Shown: positions 1 through 12,916, numbered from the stretch's first letter. The stretch is 64,000 nt of DNA from Octopus vulgaris (GCA_951406725.2 OX597835.1:36952001-37016000); one strand, 5' to 3'. The notes: generated by a model from the sequence alone, not told the origin. Made by a program: numbers and translations.

Positions 1-1
1 A

Positions 2-411
2 ATATTTGGTAATCTTAACACATGGATGTACACCATAGAGTGGTAAAAACGAGGCCTCCCTTACTCTCATACACTTATCTGGTGCAAGGAGAGGATCAGA
101 CCAGAGAACATTGATCAGAGCATTTCTGCTGAGTTGCCCAATCCAGAGCACGATATGGTGCTGTACAATACCACCAAGGCACAGTTGATATACGGCCCTT
201 GTGGCAACTTCAACCCTAAGATCCCCTTGCATGGAACACAACAAGTGCATCAAGAGGTTTCCCAGGGAATTTATCCTGGAGACACTCATGGGACATGGTG
301 GTTGCCCACTCTACAGGTGCCGCAAACCAGAAGATGGTGGACAAACTACTTAGCTCAAACCCAACGGCCATGAGGTGGAAATTGACAACAGGTGGATCAT
401 GTCCTACAACA
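2..411 (+). mobile_element. Helitron Rep (HUH endonuclease) domain fragment, pseudogenised
   Basis: Frame +2 reads IFGNLNTWMYTIEW*KRGLPYSHTLIW...ISAELPNP...YGPCG. After a frameshift it reads PCMEHNKCIKRFPREF...GCPLYRCRKPEDGG...IDNRWIMSYN. These match Helitron Rep motifs (YxIEWQKRGLPHxH, HGPCG, GYPxYRRR, DNRWVVPYN). Two stops and one frameshift. Confidence 0.92.
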
Positions 412-444
412 TAATGTTTTTGTGAATTCTCCCTATATACATAT

Positions 445-1082
<638 letters not shown>

Positions 1083-1190
1083 GAAAAACAGAAAAAAAGG
1101 GACAAAACTTTGCTTACATCCACAGACCACCATCAGCACCACCACCATCCACCCACCAGCACCACCACCAGCACCACCAGCACCACCAGT

Positions 1191-1592
1191 GGAGGCGCAA
1201 TGGCCCAGTGGTTAGGGCAGTAGATTCGCGGTCGGAGGATCACGGTTTCGATTCCAAGACCGGGCGTTGTGTGTGTTTATTGAGCAAAAACACCTAAAGC
1301 TCCACGAGGCTCTGGCAGGTGGTGGTGGCGACCCCTGTTGTACTCTTTCGCTCCAACTTTCTCTCACTCTTTCTTCCTGTTTCTTGTCCCTGACTTCCTA
1401 CACAATCCGCTGAGCCTGGATGCACATTCATCCATCCGTCAATGCTCTTGGTGTCGGGAGATGACATGCTTTCTCTTCAGCGGGTCTTACGAATAGCAAA
1501 GGACCACGTTTCGGACTTCTCCCACTACAGACAATCCTGAGGCGCAATCTTGCGAGCTCTGGGACAAAGACCACTTCGCTCAACAAACAAAC
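1191..1592 (+). mobile_element. tRNA-derived SINE family D, tail type 1 (octopus OR-type by recollection)
   Basis: Head GGCGCAATGGCCCAGTGGTTAGGGC (A box) ... GGTTTCGATTCC (B box). First ~185 nt shared with 51785-51970. Ends in (CAAA)n. Confidence 0.85.
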
Positions 1593-1729
1593 TTCTCTCT
1601 CCCACCAACACCACTAACAACATCACCACCATCCCCACCTGCACCACCATCACCATCACCACTAACAACACCATCTTACATCATCACCAATACCTCTACA
1701 ACCATCATAATTTTTCCCTTATCCAACAC

Positions 1730-1762
<33 letters not shown>

Positions 1763-2337
1763 TATAACTGATGGAAATGGCAGAGGTGAAGGAAAGATGT
1801 ACGCAGTTGAACAACAGAGATCTATTTCTTGATTTGCAGGCTTTTTGTCGGTTCAATACCTTCTAATGGGAACATTTATTATTAGCTATCCTTTTGTCAA
1901 TTTTCTATCAATAAAACTGTGTGAATATTTTATCCGGTTCTCATAAAAAAACTCGTAATGATTATTAATTTATAGTAATGGTACATAGTAAGAATGGTTC
2001 AGTGTTCTGATTGGCTGAAGGAAATGAAGGTGGGAGTGGCTACAGGGTGACTTTTGTGAATGACAAAGGAAGATAATAAACACGAGGTTTATGTCCACGG
2101 GTTTTAACTTCTGCACCTTCCAGCATTGGAGGAGAAGAAGGTGTGAAACAATCATTTGTATTTTATTATTCATTATTGCCATAAAAACCATTTTGCTTAG
2201 TAAGTATTCTGAAAAATTAGGTATACTGCATAAATGAAGCATAAAATTGACCATTAGTAATATCGGTTGTGATTTGTTGATACAGAAGCATAAAATATTC
2301 AAGAATTAATTATAGCAGAGCAAGAATGATGACCTCC

Positions 2338-2850
2338 ATCATCATCATCATTGTTCGACCGTGGTCGAGACAATGGAATTTACTATGTTACACCAGACTT
2401 CATGATCCATCATAGCATTACAGAGGTCCTGTCACTGGATGTCTGTATCCCTGGAGATTACATCAGGGTAGGAGAGTGTGCGCCCTCTGGTATCGTAAGC
2501 AGATGGCTTCCAGAGGAGAAGAGTAGAAATTACCTCGTTTTCAGCTCTACAACAATGTCCAGCAAACTGGACTCTTCTACCTTCCACAAGAGATGATACA
2601 GGTGGTAGTTTCCCATATATTTGTACTTTGGTTGGATGATGCTTTCACGAGGGATTTTGAGCTCTCATAAAGAGGCGAGTGTAAGTTCCATCCAACCGCC
2701 TCTCAAGCTTCTTTGATAACATCCAGGTTTCTGAGCCATATTGTAGAATTGGTTCGACTGTGGCTTTGAAGATTTGAAGTTTGTCGTCTCTACTTAGATT
2801 TGATGACCAGATCTTATGCATATCATTACAGGCTGACCAGGCCATACCTT
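2338..2850 (-). mobile_element. RTE-type LINE, 3' terminal fragment
   Basis: GMAWSACNDMHKIWSSNLSRDDKLQIFKATVEPILQYGSETW...RRVQFAGHCCR...WCNIVNSIVSTTVEQ*, followed by a (GAT)n tail. Confidence 0.9.
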
Positions 2851-3001
2851 GCATGACCTCCTGCTGGCTGTAATTTCACCAAAATTTGATGCATACAGCA
2901 GTATTAAGAAATCTATGGGAAAGTAGTGTAGAAGTATTGAGACGGATGCTGGTTATACATCTTCAATCATCCTATGTCAGCAGCACTGGGTTAACCATTA
3001 A

Positions 3002-3861
3002 CCCTTTCGTTACCAACCTGGCCAAAACTGGCTCTGACTCTGTCGTGCAAATGTCTTGTTTTCATAAATTCTGAATTCCACCTGTCTAACACCCGTGGAC
3101 ATGTTTACAAAGTCAGAAAACAGCACAGCTCCCATGAATTTCGGAAACATTTTTTCACGCTAAGAGTTGCTGAAGCATGGAACAAACTGCCGGCATCAGT
3201 TGTTAGTTGTCGGAGCACTGCATCCTTCAAAACTTCCATGCTTCCTGAGATTCGCCAACACTACACCTGATTTTATCCCCTCCATACACATGCAAGCATG
3301 TAGCTGGCTCATACACTTTTGACAAGTTGTGGTGCACCTGAGCACTGTATACAATAATTTCATTATTATTATTTTTTAAAAATCTCCCACCAAACTTTAG
3401 TCACAATTTATGTTCCTAACACTAACTTAAAGATAACTAAGTTATTTTACTAAATTCTTTGTTATATTTAACCCTTTTGATACCAACCTGGCTGAAACCA
3501 CCCTGGGCTCTGTAGTACAAATGTCTTGTTTTCATAAGTTCTGAATTAAAATCTCCCACCAAACCTTAGTCACAATTTATGTTCCTGACACTAACTTAAA
3601 GATAACTAAGTTATTTTACTAAATTCTTTGTTATATTTAACCCTTTTGATACCAACCTGGCTGAAACCACCCTGGGCTCTGTAGTACAAATGTCTTGTTT
3701 TCATAAGTTCTGAATTAAAATCTCCCACCAAACCTTAGTCACAATTTATGTTCCTAGCACTAACTTAAAGATAACTAAGTTATTTTACTAAATTCTTTGT
3801 TATATTTAAAGTAATTGAAAGAAACACAGAGCATCTCAATATAAATACAGTAACTAAAGGG
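3002..3861. mobile_element. piggyBac-type MITE with internal ~170-bp triplication
   Basis: TTAA|CCCTTTCGTTAC ... GTAACTAAAGGG|TTAA termini. The unit restarts at 3472 and 3641. Interrupted by a CR1 fragment. Confidence 0.8.
3079..3373 (+). mobile_element. CR1-type LINE 3' end nested in the MITE
   Basis: NTRGHVYKVRKQHSSHEFRKHFFTLRVAEAWNKLPASVV...FKT (TRGH, FFxxRV and WNxLP motifs), short 3'UTR, (ATT)n tail. Confidence 0.88.
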
Positions 3862-3973
3862 TTAAGCAGAATAAGTACGTGCTTAGGGCATCAAGGGAAG
3901 GAGGAGGCACCACAGAAATGGTAAAAGGTTTACAGCACAAAAGAAATCACTTTAAACTTGCTAAAATAATATT

Positions 3974-4095
3974 CGTAATGCCTTATCTCTTCTAAGTATA
4001 AAAGCAGGAGTTTTATGTAAAATTAATTTTAACGATATCATCGAAGACTTTGCAATTAAAAGAATAAAAAAAAACAAAGGAGAAAAGTTTACAAA
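3974..4095 (+). mobile_element. hAT transposase C-terminal dimerisation-domain remnant
   Basis: RNALSLLSIKAGVLCKINFNDIIEDFAIKR resembles the hAT C-terminal RLxxLxLLSIE...DxIIxxFA motif. Confidence 0.7.
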
Positions 4096-4157
4096 TATAA
4101 ATAAAGTGGAAGCATACGAAAATAAACTTTATTTTCCATCTTACTGTTAGTTTTGTT

Positions 4158-4500
4158 TCATCATCATCATCATCATCGTTTAACATCCGTTTTCTGTGCT
4201 AGCACGGGTTGGATGGTTCAACCGGGGTCTGGGAAGCCATGAGGCTGCACCAGGGTCCAGTCTGATCTGGCAGTGTTTCTACAGCTGGATGCCCTTCCTA
4301 ACGCCAACCACTCCGTGAGTGTAGTGGGTGCTTTTTACGTGCCACCGGCATAGGTGCCAGAGGAGGCTGGCAGCGTCCACGATCGGTTGGTGCTTTTTAC
4401 GTGCCACCAGCACAGAAGCCAGTCAAGGCGACACTGGCATCGGCCATGTTCGGATGGTTCTCTTATGTGCCACCGGCACTGGTATCACAACTACAATTTC
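4158..4500 (-). mobile_element. SINE-like family C (RTE-type tail, internal ~60-bp tandem units)
   Basis: Sense strand has TGGCGTTAGGAAGGGCATCCAGCTGTAGAAA and ends GTTAAAC(GAT)n. About 13 copies in the window. Confidence 0.85.
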
Positions 4501-5045
4501 ATTTTGAAAAATAAAAATTTATTTTATGGTTTATTATTGTTTACGTTTTGAATTATTTTTGTTTACGAAAGGGTTAAACTATGAACATTATCTTGTATCT
4601 TTTTCTATCTTAGCATGGAAGTGACACCGTTGGGTCACATATCTTCCTCCTCCTACACCTCATCTTCATCATCATCAACTATTTGATGTTTGCAGATACA
4701 ACTTGTATGCTTATTGCCATATGTTATTGTAGTCATTACAAGCATGAACACACACTTGCTCTGGTTCCTTGATTTTGTTCGTTTGTCTAATGACAGAGGC
4801 ACTGTGAGGGGATTCTTGTAGCAGATAGCCTTCCTCGAATTTGAACCTGGATTGTTTAAACTTGAAAATCAAAACTACTGGCAACTAACATTAATTAATA
4901 TCTTTGGTAATATTGACTTGAGACAATTTTGGCCTTTTCTCTGAAATCTATTATAATTATCTGGTGTTGACTTCTTGAGCAAGACACTTTATTTCACGTT
5001 GCTCCAGTTCACTCAGCTGTAGAAATGAGTTGTGTTGTCGCTTGT

Positions 5046-5442
5046 GCCAAGCTGGCAGAAATGTTAGCACGCTGGGCGAAATGCGTCGCCGTATTTCGTC
5101 TGCCACTACATTCTCAGTTCAAATTCCGCCGAGGTCGACTTTGCCTTTCATCCTTTCGGGGTTGATTAAATACGTACCAGTTACGCACTGGGGTCGATGT
5201 AATCGACTTAATACCTATGTCTGTCCTTGTTTGTCCCCTTGTGGGTAATAGAGAAATAGGTATTTCGTCTGCCGCTACATTCTGAGTTCAAATTCCGCCG
5301 AGGTCGACTTTGCCTTTCATCCTTTCGGGGTCGATTAAATAAGTACCAGTTACGCACTGGGGTTGATGTAATCGACTTAATCCGTTTGCCTGTCCTTGTT
5401 TGTTCCCTCTCTGTTTAGTCCCTTGTGGGTAGTAAAGAAATA
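5046..5442 (+). mobile_element. tRNA-derived SINE family B, head-to-tail dimer
   Basis: AGCTGGCAGAAATGTTAGC...GTTCAAATTCC head. The second unit restarts at AGAAATAG|GTATTTCGTC (5259/5260). Nested in a family E-type SINE. Confidence 0.88.
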
Positions 5443-5476
5443 TGCATCAATCTTTGCCTTTCCTTTGGATAACAGT

Positions 5477-5770
5477 GATGGTGTGGAGAGGGGACACCGG
5501 TATGTGTGGGCAACTGCTGGTCTTCCATAAACAACCTTGCCTGGACTTGTGCCTCGAAGGGTAACTTTCTAGGTGCAATCCCATGGTCATTCAAGACTGA
5601 AGGGGGTTTTTATCATTTACCCTATGTACATATAATGGTGTGGAGAGAGAAGACTGGTATGTGTGGGTGACTGTTGGTCTTCCATAAAAACAACCTTGTT
5701 TGGACTGGTACCTCGGAGGGTAACTTTCAAGGTGCAATCTCATGGTCATTCATGACCGAAGGGAGTCTTT
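5477..5770 (+). repeat. Tandem duplication (~150 bp x2) of a SINE 3' region
   Basis: atggtgtggagag...ggtcttccataaa...gggtaactttc...catggtcattca occurs at 5477-5620 and 5636-5770. Confidence 0.75.
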
Positions 5771-6304
5771 TCACTTTTATTTTTATTTTTTACAGCCAAT
5801 TATCTTTGCCTTTACACATTTAATTTTCACACCTTAAAATCTCAAAGAATACTCTAGAACTTTTTATCGAGCTTATAAAGATAACAAATTTCAGTTTTAT
5901 GTGGCACCGGTTTGGGTGATTTTTACATGGCACCAACACTTATCCCATGTATACTCTTACTCTTTTACTTGTTTCAGTCAATTGACTGTGGCCATGCTGG
6001 AGCACCGCCTTATTCTAGGACTTATTCTTTGTAAGCCTAGTACTTATTCTATCGGTCTCTTTTGCCGAACCGCTAATATTATTTAGCAAGTTTAAAGTGA
6101 TTTCTTCTATGTAGTAAACCATTTACCATTTCTGTAGTTCCCCTTGCCCCGCATTTCCTCGATGCATTAAACACATTCTTATTTTGCTGAATGGTTAGTC
6201 CAGCTTTGCATACAGCCATAGAAAATCTACCTCAGTAAATGCTGTCCAACCCATCCAAGCATGGAAAAGTAGATGCTAAAATGGTGATGATGTTGATGAT
6301 GATA

Positions 6305-6489
6305 CTCTTTTACTTGTTTCAGTCATTTGACTGTGGCCATGCTGGAGCACCACCTTTAGTCGAGCAAATCGAACCCCAGGACTATCCTAGTACTTATTCT
6401 ATCAGTCTCTTTTGACAAACCGCTAAGTTACGGGGATGTAAACACACCAGCATCGGTTGTCAAGTGATGCTGGAGGGAGAAACAAATAT

Positions 6490-6534
<45 letters not shown>

Positions 6535-6694
6535 ATGGGCTTCTTTCAGTTCCCGTCTACTAAATCCACTCAAGGCTTTGGTTGGCCTGAGGCTACAGTA
6601 GAAGACACTTGCCCAAGGTGCCACGCAGTAGGACTGAACCCGGAACCATGTGGTTGGTGAGCAAGCTACTTACCACACAGCCACTCCTACGCCT
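6305..6694 (-). mobile_element. SINE family A, full length
   Basis: A box TGGCTGTGTGG, B box GGTTCAGTCC, internal (TA)n(TG)n, tail gaaacaagtaaaagagta. Confidence 0.9.
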
Positions 6695-7012
6695 ATATGA
6701 TAATACAACAAATTATACATTATACAAAAAAATATTTAGTGTTATTAATAAGCATTGTTGAAGATAATTCTTTCCATACAACTTGGCATTACAATGGATT
6801 ATTTCAACATATTTAATCATAACAAAACTACAATATTGATTTGCTGCTTTGAAAATTAAAAGAAACAAATAACACAATCTGTATTTCTTTTTACAGTATA
6901 AACAACTAAATTTGATATCCATCGATTTACTATTCTCCATATAAATTATTTTGCAATTTAATTTCAGATATATTCATTATTATATAACCAGACACAAACA
7001 ATCAATATATCA

Positions 7013-7083
<71 letters not shown>

Positions 7084-7527
7084 AATATATAGAAAGGTAG
7101 ATAAATATATATATATATATATATACACATACATACATATATGTATGTGTAGGCATTCCTGTGTGGTAAGTGGCTTGCTTCCTAACTACATGGTTCTGGG
7201 TTCAGTCCCACTGTGTGGCACCTTGGGCAAGTGTCTTCTACTATAGCTGTGGGCTGACCAAAGTCTTGTGAGTGGATTTGGTAGATGAAAACTGAAAGAA
7301 GCCTGTTGTATAAATAAATATATATATTTATCATCACCTTCTTCAATCTAGACACCTTATGTTGGACCTGAACGAAAATATCCTCTCATAAAGTCACACC
7401 TGCAATATCCTGGGCCCCAGAAAACTAGGACAATACAGCATTAGAAACCTCTAGGTCACCACAGATGCTAGGCACCACCATTATGGATGGCTCCTCCTTG
7501 TAAACGAACATTCTCAGTCTAACAAAA

Positions 7528-7763
7528 CCTATTTCCTTTACTACCCACAGGGGCCACACACAGAGTGGATAAACAAGGACAGACAAACAGATTAAGTCGA
7601 TTACATCGACCCCAGTTCATAACTGGTACTTATTTAATCGACCCCAAAAGTATGAAAGCCAAGGTCGACCTCAGCGGAATTTGAACTCAGAATGTAGGAG
7701 CCGACGAAATACCACTAGGCATTTCGTCCGGCGTGCTAATGTTTCTGCCAGCTCACCGCCTTA
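7528..7763 (-). mobile_element. SINE family B monomer
   Basis: Reverse complement of the AAGGCGGTGAGCTGGCAGAAAC...GTAAAG(G)AAATAGG consensus. Confidence 0.88.
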
Positions 7764-8218
7764 ATATATTGGCAGATCCTGTCATTTGCGAGAAGTGACT
7801 CAATAGATTGCAGTGTGGTAGCTGCTCTACTAAGCATGTCACTCCGAACGGCAAGTCGAGTCATATGCAAAACCTGGTCTTCCACTTTCGTCGTCAAAAG
7901 ATATTTCATTTTCCTTAATAATTAACATACATCTACGAAATTGAAATCCCAAATAATGTAATAATATTTTGCAGTAAAGGTCAAGTGCGTGCACCCCCCC
8001 CCACCTTTTGTTTTTGTTTTTTATTTCTCAAAATTTCTTTGGATTTCTGCGTTTGATATAGGAGAATATGATTTTTACCCAAAAATCACATTTTCAAAAT
8101 TTTTATTTCCGCCCCCAACCAACCCCAATTTCTTAACTTTTACGATTTAAAAAAAAAAATCCACGTAGAAAAATACAGATATTACAAATCTGGGTTTTTT
8201 AAAAAATATTAATTTTAC

Positions 8219-8624
8219 AGGAGTGGCTGTGTGGTAAGTAGCTTGCTAACCAACCACATGGTTCCAGGTTCAGTCCCACTGCGTGGCATCTTGGGCAAGT
8301 GTCTTCTACTATAGCCTCGGGCCGACCAAAGCCTTGTGAGTGGATTTGGTAGACGGAAACTGAAAGAAGCCCGTTGTATATATGTATATATATATATATA
8401 TATATGTATGTGCATGTGTTTGTGTGTCTGTGTTTGTCCCCCTAGCATTGCTTGACAACCGATGCTGGTGTATTTATGACCTCGTCACTTAGCGGTTCGG
8501 CAAAAAGAGACCGATAGAATAAGTACTGGGCTTACAAAAAGAATAAGTCCCGGGGTCGAGTTGCTCGATTAAATGCGGTGCTCCAGCATGGCCGCAGTCA
8601 AATGACTGAAACAAATAAAAGAGT
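8219..8624 (+). mobile_element. SINE family A, full length
   Basis: AGGAGTGGCTGTGTGGTAAG...GGTTCAGTCCCAC...(TA)n(TG)n...AAATGACTGAAAC. Confidence 0.9.
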
Positions 8625-9157
8625 AAACACTCAATGCCCCTTTCCCTACCCATCCCCTCCCCACTTTCAAAATAGCTAAAAACTCCAAATGTTTCACTCT
8701 CATCTGATGTTTTAGACATACGTAGAAGAGGTGGGGGAAAGGGGAGGCGCAAATGTCACCTCCGACATGCTAGAAACAATAGTTAAACAACACGATTTCT
8801 GAAAAAAAACTTCCTTTTTGCCAGTGGCTTGCTAAAGAGTTGTTTCCCTTGTACTATTATTATGACAGCCATTGTGCAGAGTTGCTTCCCCTCGACAATA
8901 AGTTGGTTAGAACTAAAAGACCAATGGTGTTTCTCCATCGGGAAAGCCTTCATTAGCAAGGCTGACGACCAGTTCTAATGATATAGGGAGCTGAATACTG
9001 CGTAGCCAATATTCATCTTATAGTAAAATACGTATACGCATGTATATATATATATATATATTACTCAAAGAAATTCCAACTTTGTTTCACGTTTTATTTA
9101 CAATCTTATAATAATATAATATAATGAAATGATAGAATATTAAATGTCCATTCCGAT

Positions 9158-9202
9158 TGAACTAGTATTTTCATGCATTAAACTATGCCATCTTCGGGTT
9201 CA
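9158..9202 (-). ncRNA. Degenerate minimal hammerhead-like motif (family H2)
   Basis: TGAAC-CCGAAGA-TGGCAT agttta ATGCAT-GAAA-ATAC-TA-GTTCA. 5-bp stem I is intact; core has U4C; stems II and III are imperfect. Lies ~100 nt from the (TA)n at 9043-9061. Confidence 0.45.
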
Positions 9203-9542
9203 TGTAATAATGGTGACGGTTATGTTTAACATCCGCTTTCCATGCTGGCATGGGTTGGACAACTTGACTGAGGACTGGTGAACCAGACGGCTGCACCAGG
9301 CTCCAGGATTAGTGATCCTCATCAAGTGTAGTCATAGACTTGACTGAGTGTAACTCAGAAGAACCTGAGAAGAAAGAAAACAAAATTATGAGGGGGAAAA
9401 CAGCAACAAATAATAAGCAAAGAAAATAAAATACAATATCATCTGATATCATCATCATCATCATCACTATAAACGTTTTGACATCCATTTTCCATAACTG
9501 GCATAGGTAGTACAGGAAGCAGTGAGCCAGAGGACTTTGTTG

Positions 9543-9954
9543 GAATCTTTTCGGTTTGAACGGCAGTTTTTCCTAGCGTGTCATAGGAAATTGTCACCCA
9601 TAATTATCATCATAGAATCGATCTATTGCATTTCAATCTGTTTTAGGGTTAGGGTTAGGGGTGGGGGGAAGGGCATCTTTTTTTCTTCAGAAATGTAAAT
9701 AAACCCAATCTGTTTCTTAAACGAGAGACATATTCATACGGCACAGAGTGTTTTTTTTTACCTCAATAGACGTCAGTGATTGGTTGAAATTGCAGAAATT
9801 GAAGAAAAACAACAACAAATATCTTACAAACCATAGAATTTTCTCAATAAAGCCAAGAGAAAAAGATGTTTTATAAACACATTCTGCCAGTATACGAAGT
9901 TTTTTAGTTACCTAGAAATTATTTTAAAAACTGCTGTTCAAACCGAAAAGATCC
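9543..9954 (+). mobile_element. ~410-bp MITE (family M), TIR GGATCTTTTCGGTTTGAACGGCAGTTTTT, 8-bp TSD; Merlin- or Mutator-like
   Basis: TSD ctttgttg/ctttgctg. Internal (TTAGGG)3 at 9643-9660. Inserted in a family C copy. Confidence 0.88.
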
Positions 9955-10132
9955 CTTTGCTGAGCTCCAATGAAAGATTTAGCAAGATTTCTACAGGTGG
10001 ATGATCTTCCTAACACCAAATGCACATACACGTGTGTGTGTGTGTGTGTGTGTGCACAAGAGTATATGAATGTACAAAAATGGTTTTATATCACATCGAA
10101 ACTAACTATGACTTAACCTTTCCTCTCACACC

Positions 10133-10187
10133 GTCTCCGATGAAGGGATATTATTATTAATTAATATTCTAGAAACAGCTGTAAGAC
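10133..10187 (+). ncRNA. Minimal type I hammerhead motif with U4C core variant (family H3)
   Basis: GTCT-CCGATGA-A GGGATATTA..TAATATTCT A-GAAA-CAGCTG(palindrome)-TA-AGAC. The element ends in TATATA at ~10255. Confidence 0.62.
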
Positions 10188-10519
10188 CTTTTATCTATAA
10201 AAGCTCTAATATCTATACAGCCTTGGTTTTTTTAATCTTATTACACAAAAAATTTATATATACACACACTGACACAGAACCAAAGTTGAACCCTTTATTC
10301 GCAATATTACCGAATCTGGAACTTAACGATGGTCTGTCTGTACCACTTATTCAGCATTACCTGACACATTTGGGTCTCAATGACACCATTATCTCTTATA
10401 ACCTAAAAATGGTTTTACTTATGTTTGATTGTACATCTGATTTTCCATGCTAGCATGGGTTAGATGAATATGTTATTGTAGCATTGTTTTACAGACAGAC
10501 ATCTTTCCTATTGGTGAAA

Positions 10520-10870
10520 CTAGAGGGTCTTAGCCCGGACCTGCACGTTGGCAGTAGATGCAAGATGGTCACCTTCAAGTCCTACATCTGCGACTGGGCA
10601 GGCTTATTTGGGAACACTGCTGCTCATTCTGAATGGGAAAGGCCCTAGAAAGGGTGGGCTACACATCAGAATCCTGCTGGTAAACTGCGTCCAGTAGTCG
10701 AACAATTAAATTAGCCTTGGAACATGGAATGTGCGAACGCTCTTCAATCCTCAAAGCATGGAGAGACTAGAACTTAGCACAGTTCTTGTCTCCAAAGAAC
10801 AAGCAAGATTTAACATCGGCGAAACTGAAACATTCGGAGTTTAGAGTTTTTTGAAAGCGGGGAGGTGATG
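10520..10870 (+). mobile_element. RTE LINE 5' region and start of the AP-endonuclease domain
   Basis: ISLGTWNVRTLFNPQSMERLELSTVLVSKEQARFNI matches APE domain I (GTWNVRTL...ELARYNI). Confidence 0.8.
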
Positions 10871-10935
10871 GAACGGGCATTGAGTATTTCTGTAAGATTA
10901 TAAAAAAAATTCCCAGATTTGTAATCTCTGTATTT

Positions 10936-11330
10936 GGATCTTTTCGCTTTGAACGGCAGTTTTTTAAAATAAACACTTTTAAACTTCGTATACTGGTAGA
11001 ATGTGTTTATAAAATATCTTTTTCTCTTGGCTTTGTTGAGAAAATTCTATGGTTTGTAAGATATTTGTTGTTGTTTTTTCTTCAATTTCTGCAATTTCAA
11101 CCAATCACTGACGTCTATTGAGGTAAAAAAAACATTCTGTGCCGTATGAATATGTCTCTCGTTTAAGAAACAGATTAGGTTTATTTACATTTCTGAAGAA
11201 AAAAAAGATACCCTTCCCCCTAACCCTAAAACAGATTGAAATGCAATAGATAGATACTAGGGTCATAATTATGGGTGACAATTTCATATGACACCGCTAG
11301 AAAAAACTGCCGTTCAAACCGAAAAGATCC
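10936..11330 (-). mobile_element. MITE family M
   Basis: Perfect 8-bp TSD ctgtattt (10928-10935 / 11331-11338). It splits an older repeat also seen at ~7975-8210. Confidence 0.9.
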
Positions 11331-12039
11331 CTGTATTTTTCTACGTGAATTTAAAGATAAATTCGGTAAAAGTTAAAAATTGGGGGGAAATAAAAATTTT
11401 TGAAAAAAAAAAAAAAAACGCCCCAAAGTGGGTGGTTTGCACGCGCTTTACCTTCATCGTGCTGTGCCCATAAGGAATGGTGCTACAACACACAGAGACA
11501 TTGTTGGTCCCATCCAAACATAATTCTAACACCTAGTTGCCCACAGGCAGTACCGTCTTCTTTCTTTCTCTTTCTGTTGTTACTAACGTTTGTTTCCCTA
11601 AGCTAATTGATCTCGTATCACCTAAATTCAAGAACTTCCGACCCCTACTGTTTTTTCCTCTTGTAAACTATATTATGTCTATCCTTGCAGTCCATGCACT
11701 AACCACTATGCTTGGTTATTCACCCACAGAACGCCGACATCCGTCTAGAATTCTATAAAGAAGGGTATGGCTGTTACATCTAGCAGTTCTCGCAGAAGTT
11801 CCCTATTTTGACCTGGGGCTAAAGCAAACTAGCCATTATATCCGCAGAAAGACACACGTAGAAAAAACGCACAAACCTACATAATACATTCAACACTTAC
11901 AGACCAATGTACCTTAAAAACTCATTCACATTTAAATATAGAATTACAAATTCAAAAAATACTTTCATTTATGTTTTTTAGATTTATTAAAAATAAAACA
12001 ACCGAAAAAGCTCAGGAAAATCATTTTCAAATCTCAAAG

Positions 12040-12110
12040 CTCGAATCTGATTGGCTGAGAGCGTTTACCGCCATACTTAACTCTCTCTCGCTCGTTCTCA
12101 CTCTCCTCTC
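12040..12110 (+). promoter_or_regulatory. Candidate host-gene promoter (inverted CCAAT/NF-Y box, YY1-like CCGCCAT, pyrimidine-rich start region)
   Basis: CTGATTGGCT at 12047-12056 (AGCCAATCAG on minus); CCGCCAT at 12068-12074; non-repeat, CpG-retaining context. Confidence 0.5.
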
Positions 12111-12681
12111 TTTCATTTTTCTCTCACTCACTCCCTATTTCCCTCTTACCCTCTCTCTATCCCCCTCCGTTGTTACCTTATCATCTCTCTCTTCCAATTA
12201 CTGTTATCTATTATTGTTATTGTCGCTGGCCTTTAAATTTATATATACACACACATATATACATATGTATACGTCTGTATATGTATATATATATTTATTT
12301 GTTTTTGTTATCATCCCGTGCTTTAAAGAAAACATATACAGACAACAAAAACACAGCAAAAGCCAGCATTTAAAGTCAACTAATTTAGCCCATTTCTAAA
12401 GCCTTAAAGAAACCCCTTTATATATATATTATATATATTATATATAAATATATACATACATATATACATGTATATTTTTAGCTCTATACAGTTTTTCTAC
12501 ACACCTATAAGCTATTGTATATAAATATATATATATATATGTGTATGTATAATATATATATATAAATATCTGTATATGTATTTAATTACTGAAGTACTGT
12601 ACAGACTTCGACGGATTTATTTTAAAGATATTTCTTTATATATATAAATATATAACATTTTTGTGGTCGACCGCGAAAGAG
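12080..12681 (+). other. Candidate non-coding first exon (5' boundary uncertain)
   Basis: Ends in CpG-rich GGTCGACCGCGAAAGAG|GTGAGT, a consensus donor at 12682, followed by T-rich intron-like sequence. No credible ORF. Confidence 0.45.
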
Positions 12682-12916
12682 GTGAGTCTATTTTTACTAA
12701 AAAAGTTTTTCCTTCGTTTTTTTCTCTCTTCGTTTCCTTGGTTTGTTTAGAATTTCAAAGTTGGTTCCACACCAATTAATTAGGCTCAGTTGGTTGTTTA
12801 CAACTGGAGGAAGTTCATACATACACTATATACTTATATATACTTTCATCCACGTGTTATTTAGGTGCACATATATACACACACACTTGCATTCTTATAT
12901 AATATACTTTTATATA

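Noticed and set aside
1191-1265. tRNA genes at SINE heads (also 51785, 61250 and family A/B heads)
   Set aside because: A and B boxes are present, but the cloverleafs are imperfect and each continues into a multi-copy SINE body.
1771-1866. 31-aa ORF / possible terminal exon (ttgcag|GCTTTTTGT...TAA with AATAAA at ~1910)
   Set aside because: No recognisable homology and no supporting upstream exon; signals this weak occur by chance in AT-rich DNA.
8958-9010. CTGACGA-containing hammerhead candidate
   Set aside because: GAAA is absent and the stem I register is inconsistent; too degenerate to call.
9643-9660. Interstitial telomere or chromosome-fusion scar
   Set aside because: The TTAGGG units are an internal part of the multi-copy MITE M.
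10530-10670. HDV-like ribozyme in the RTE 5' region
   Set aside because: Such ribozymes are known in RTE 5' UTRs, but I could not assemble a consistent nested double pseudoknot by eye; needs a descriptor search.
11440-11460. Minus-strand ATGAAG|GTAAAG as first exon of a divergent gene
   Set aside because: It lies at the end of a repeat also present at ~7975-8210, and no downstream exons were found.
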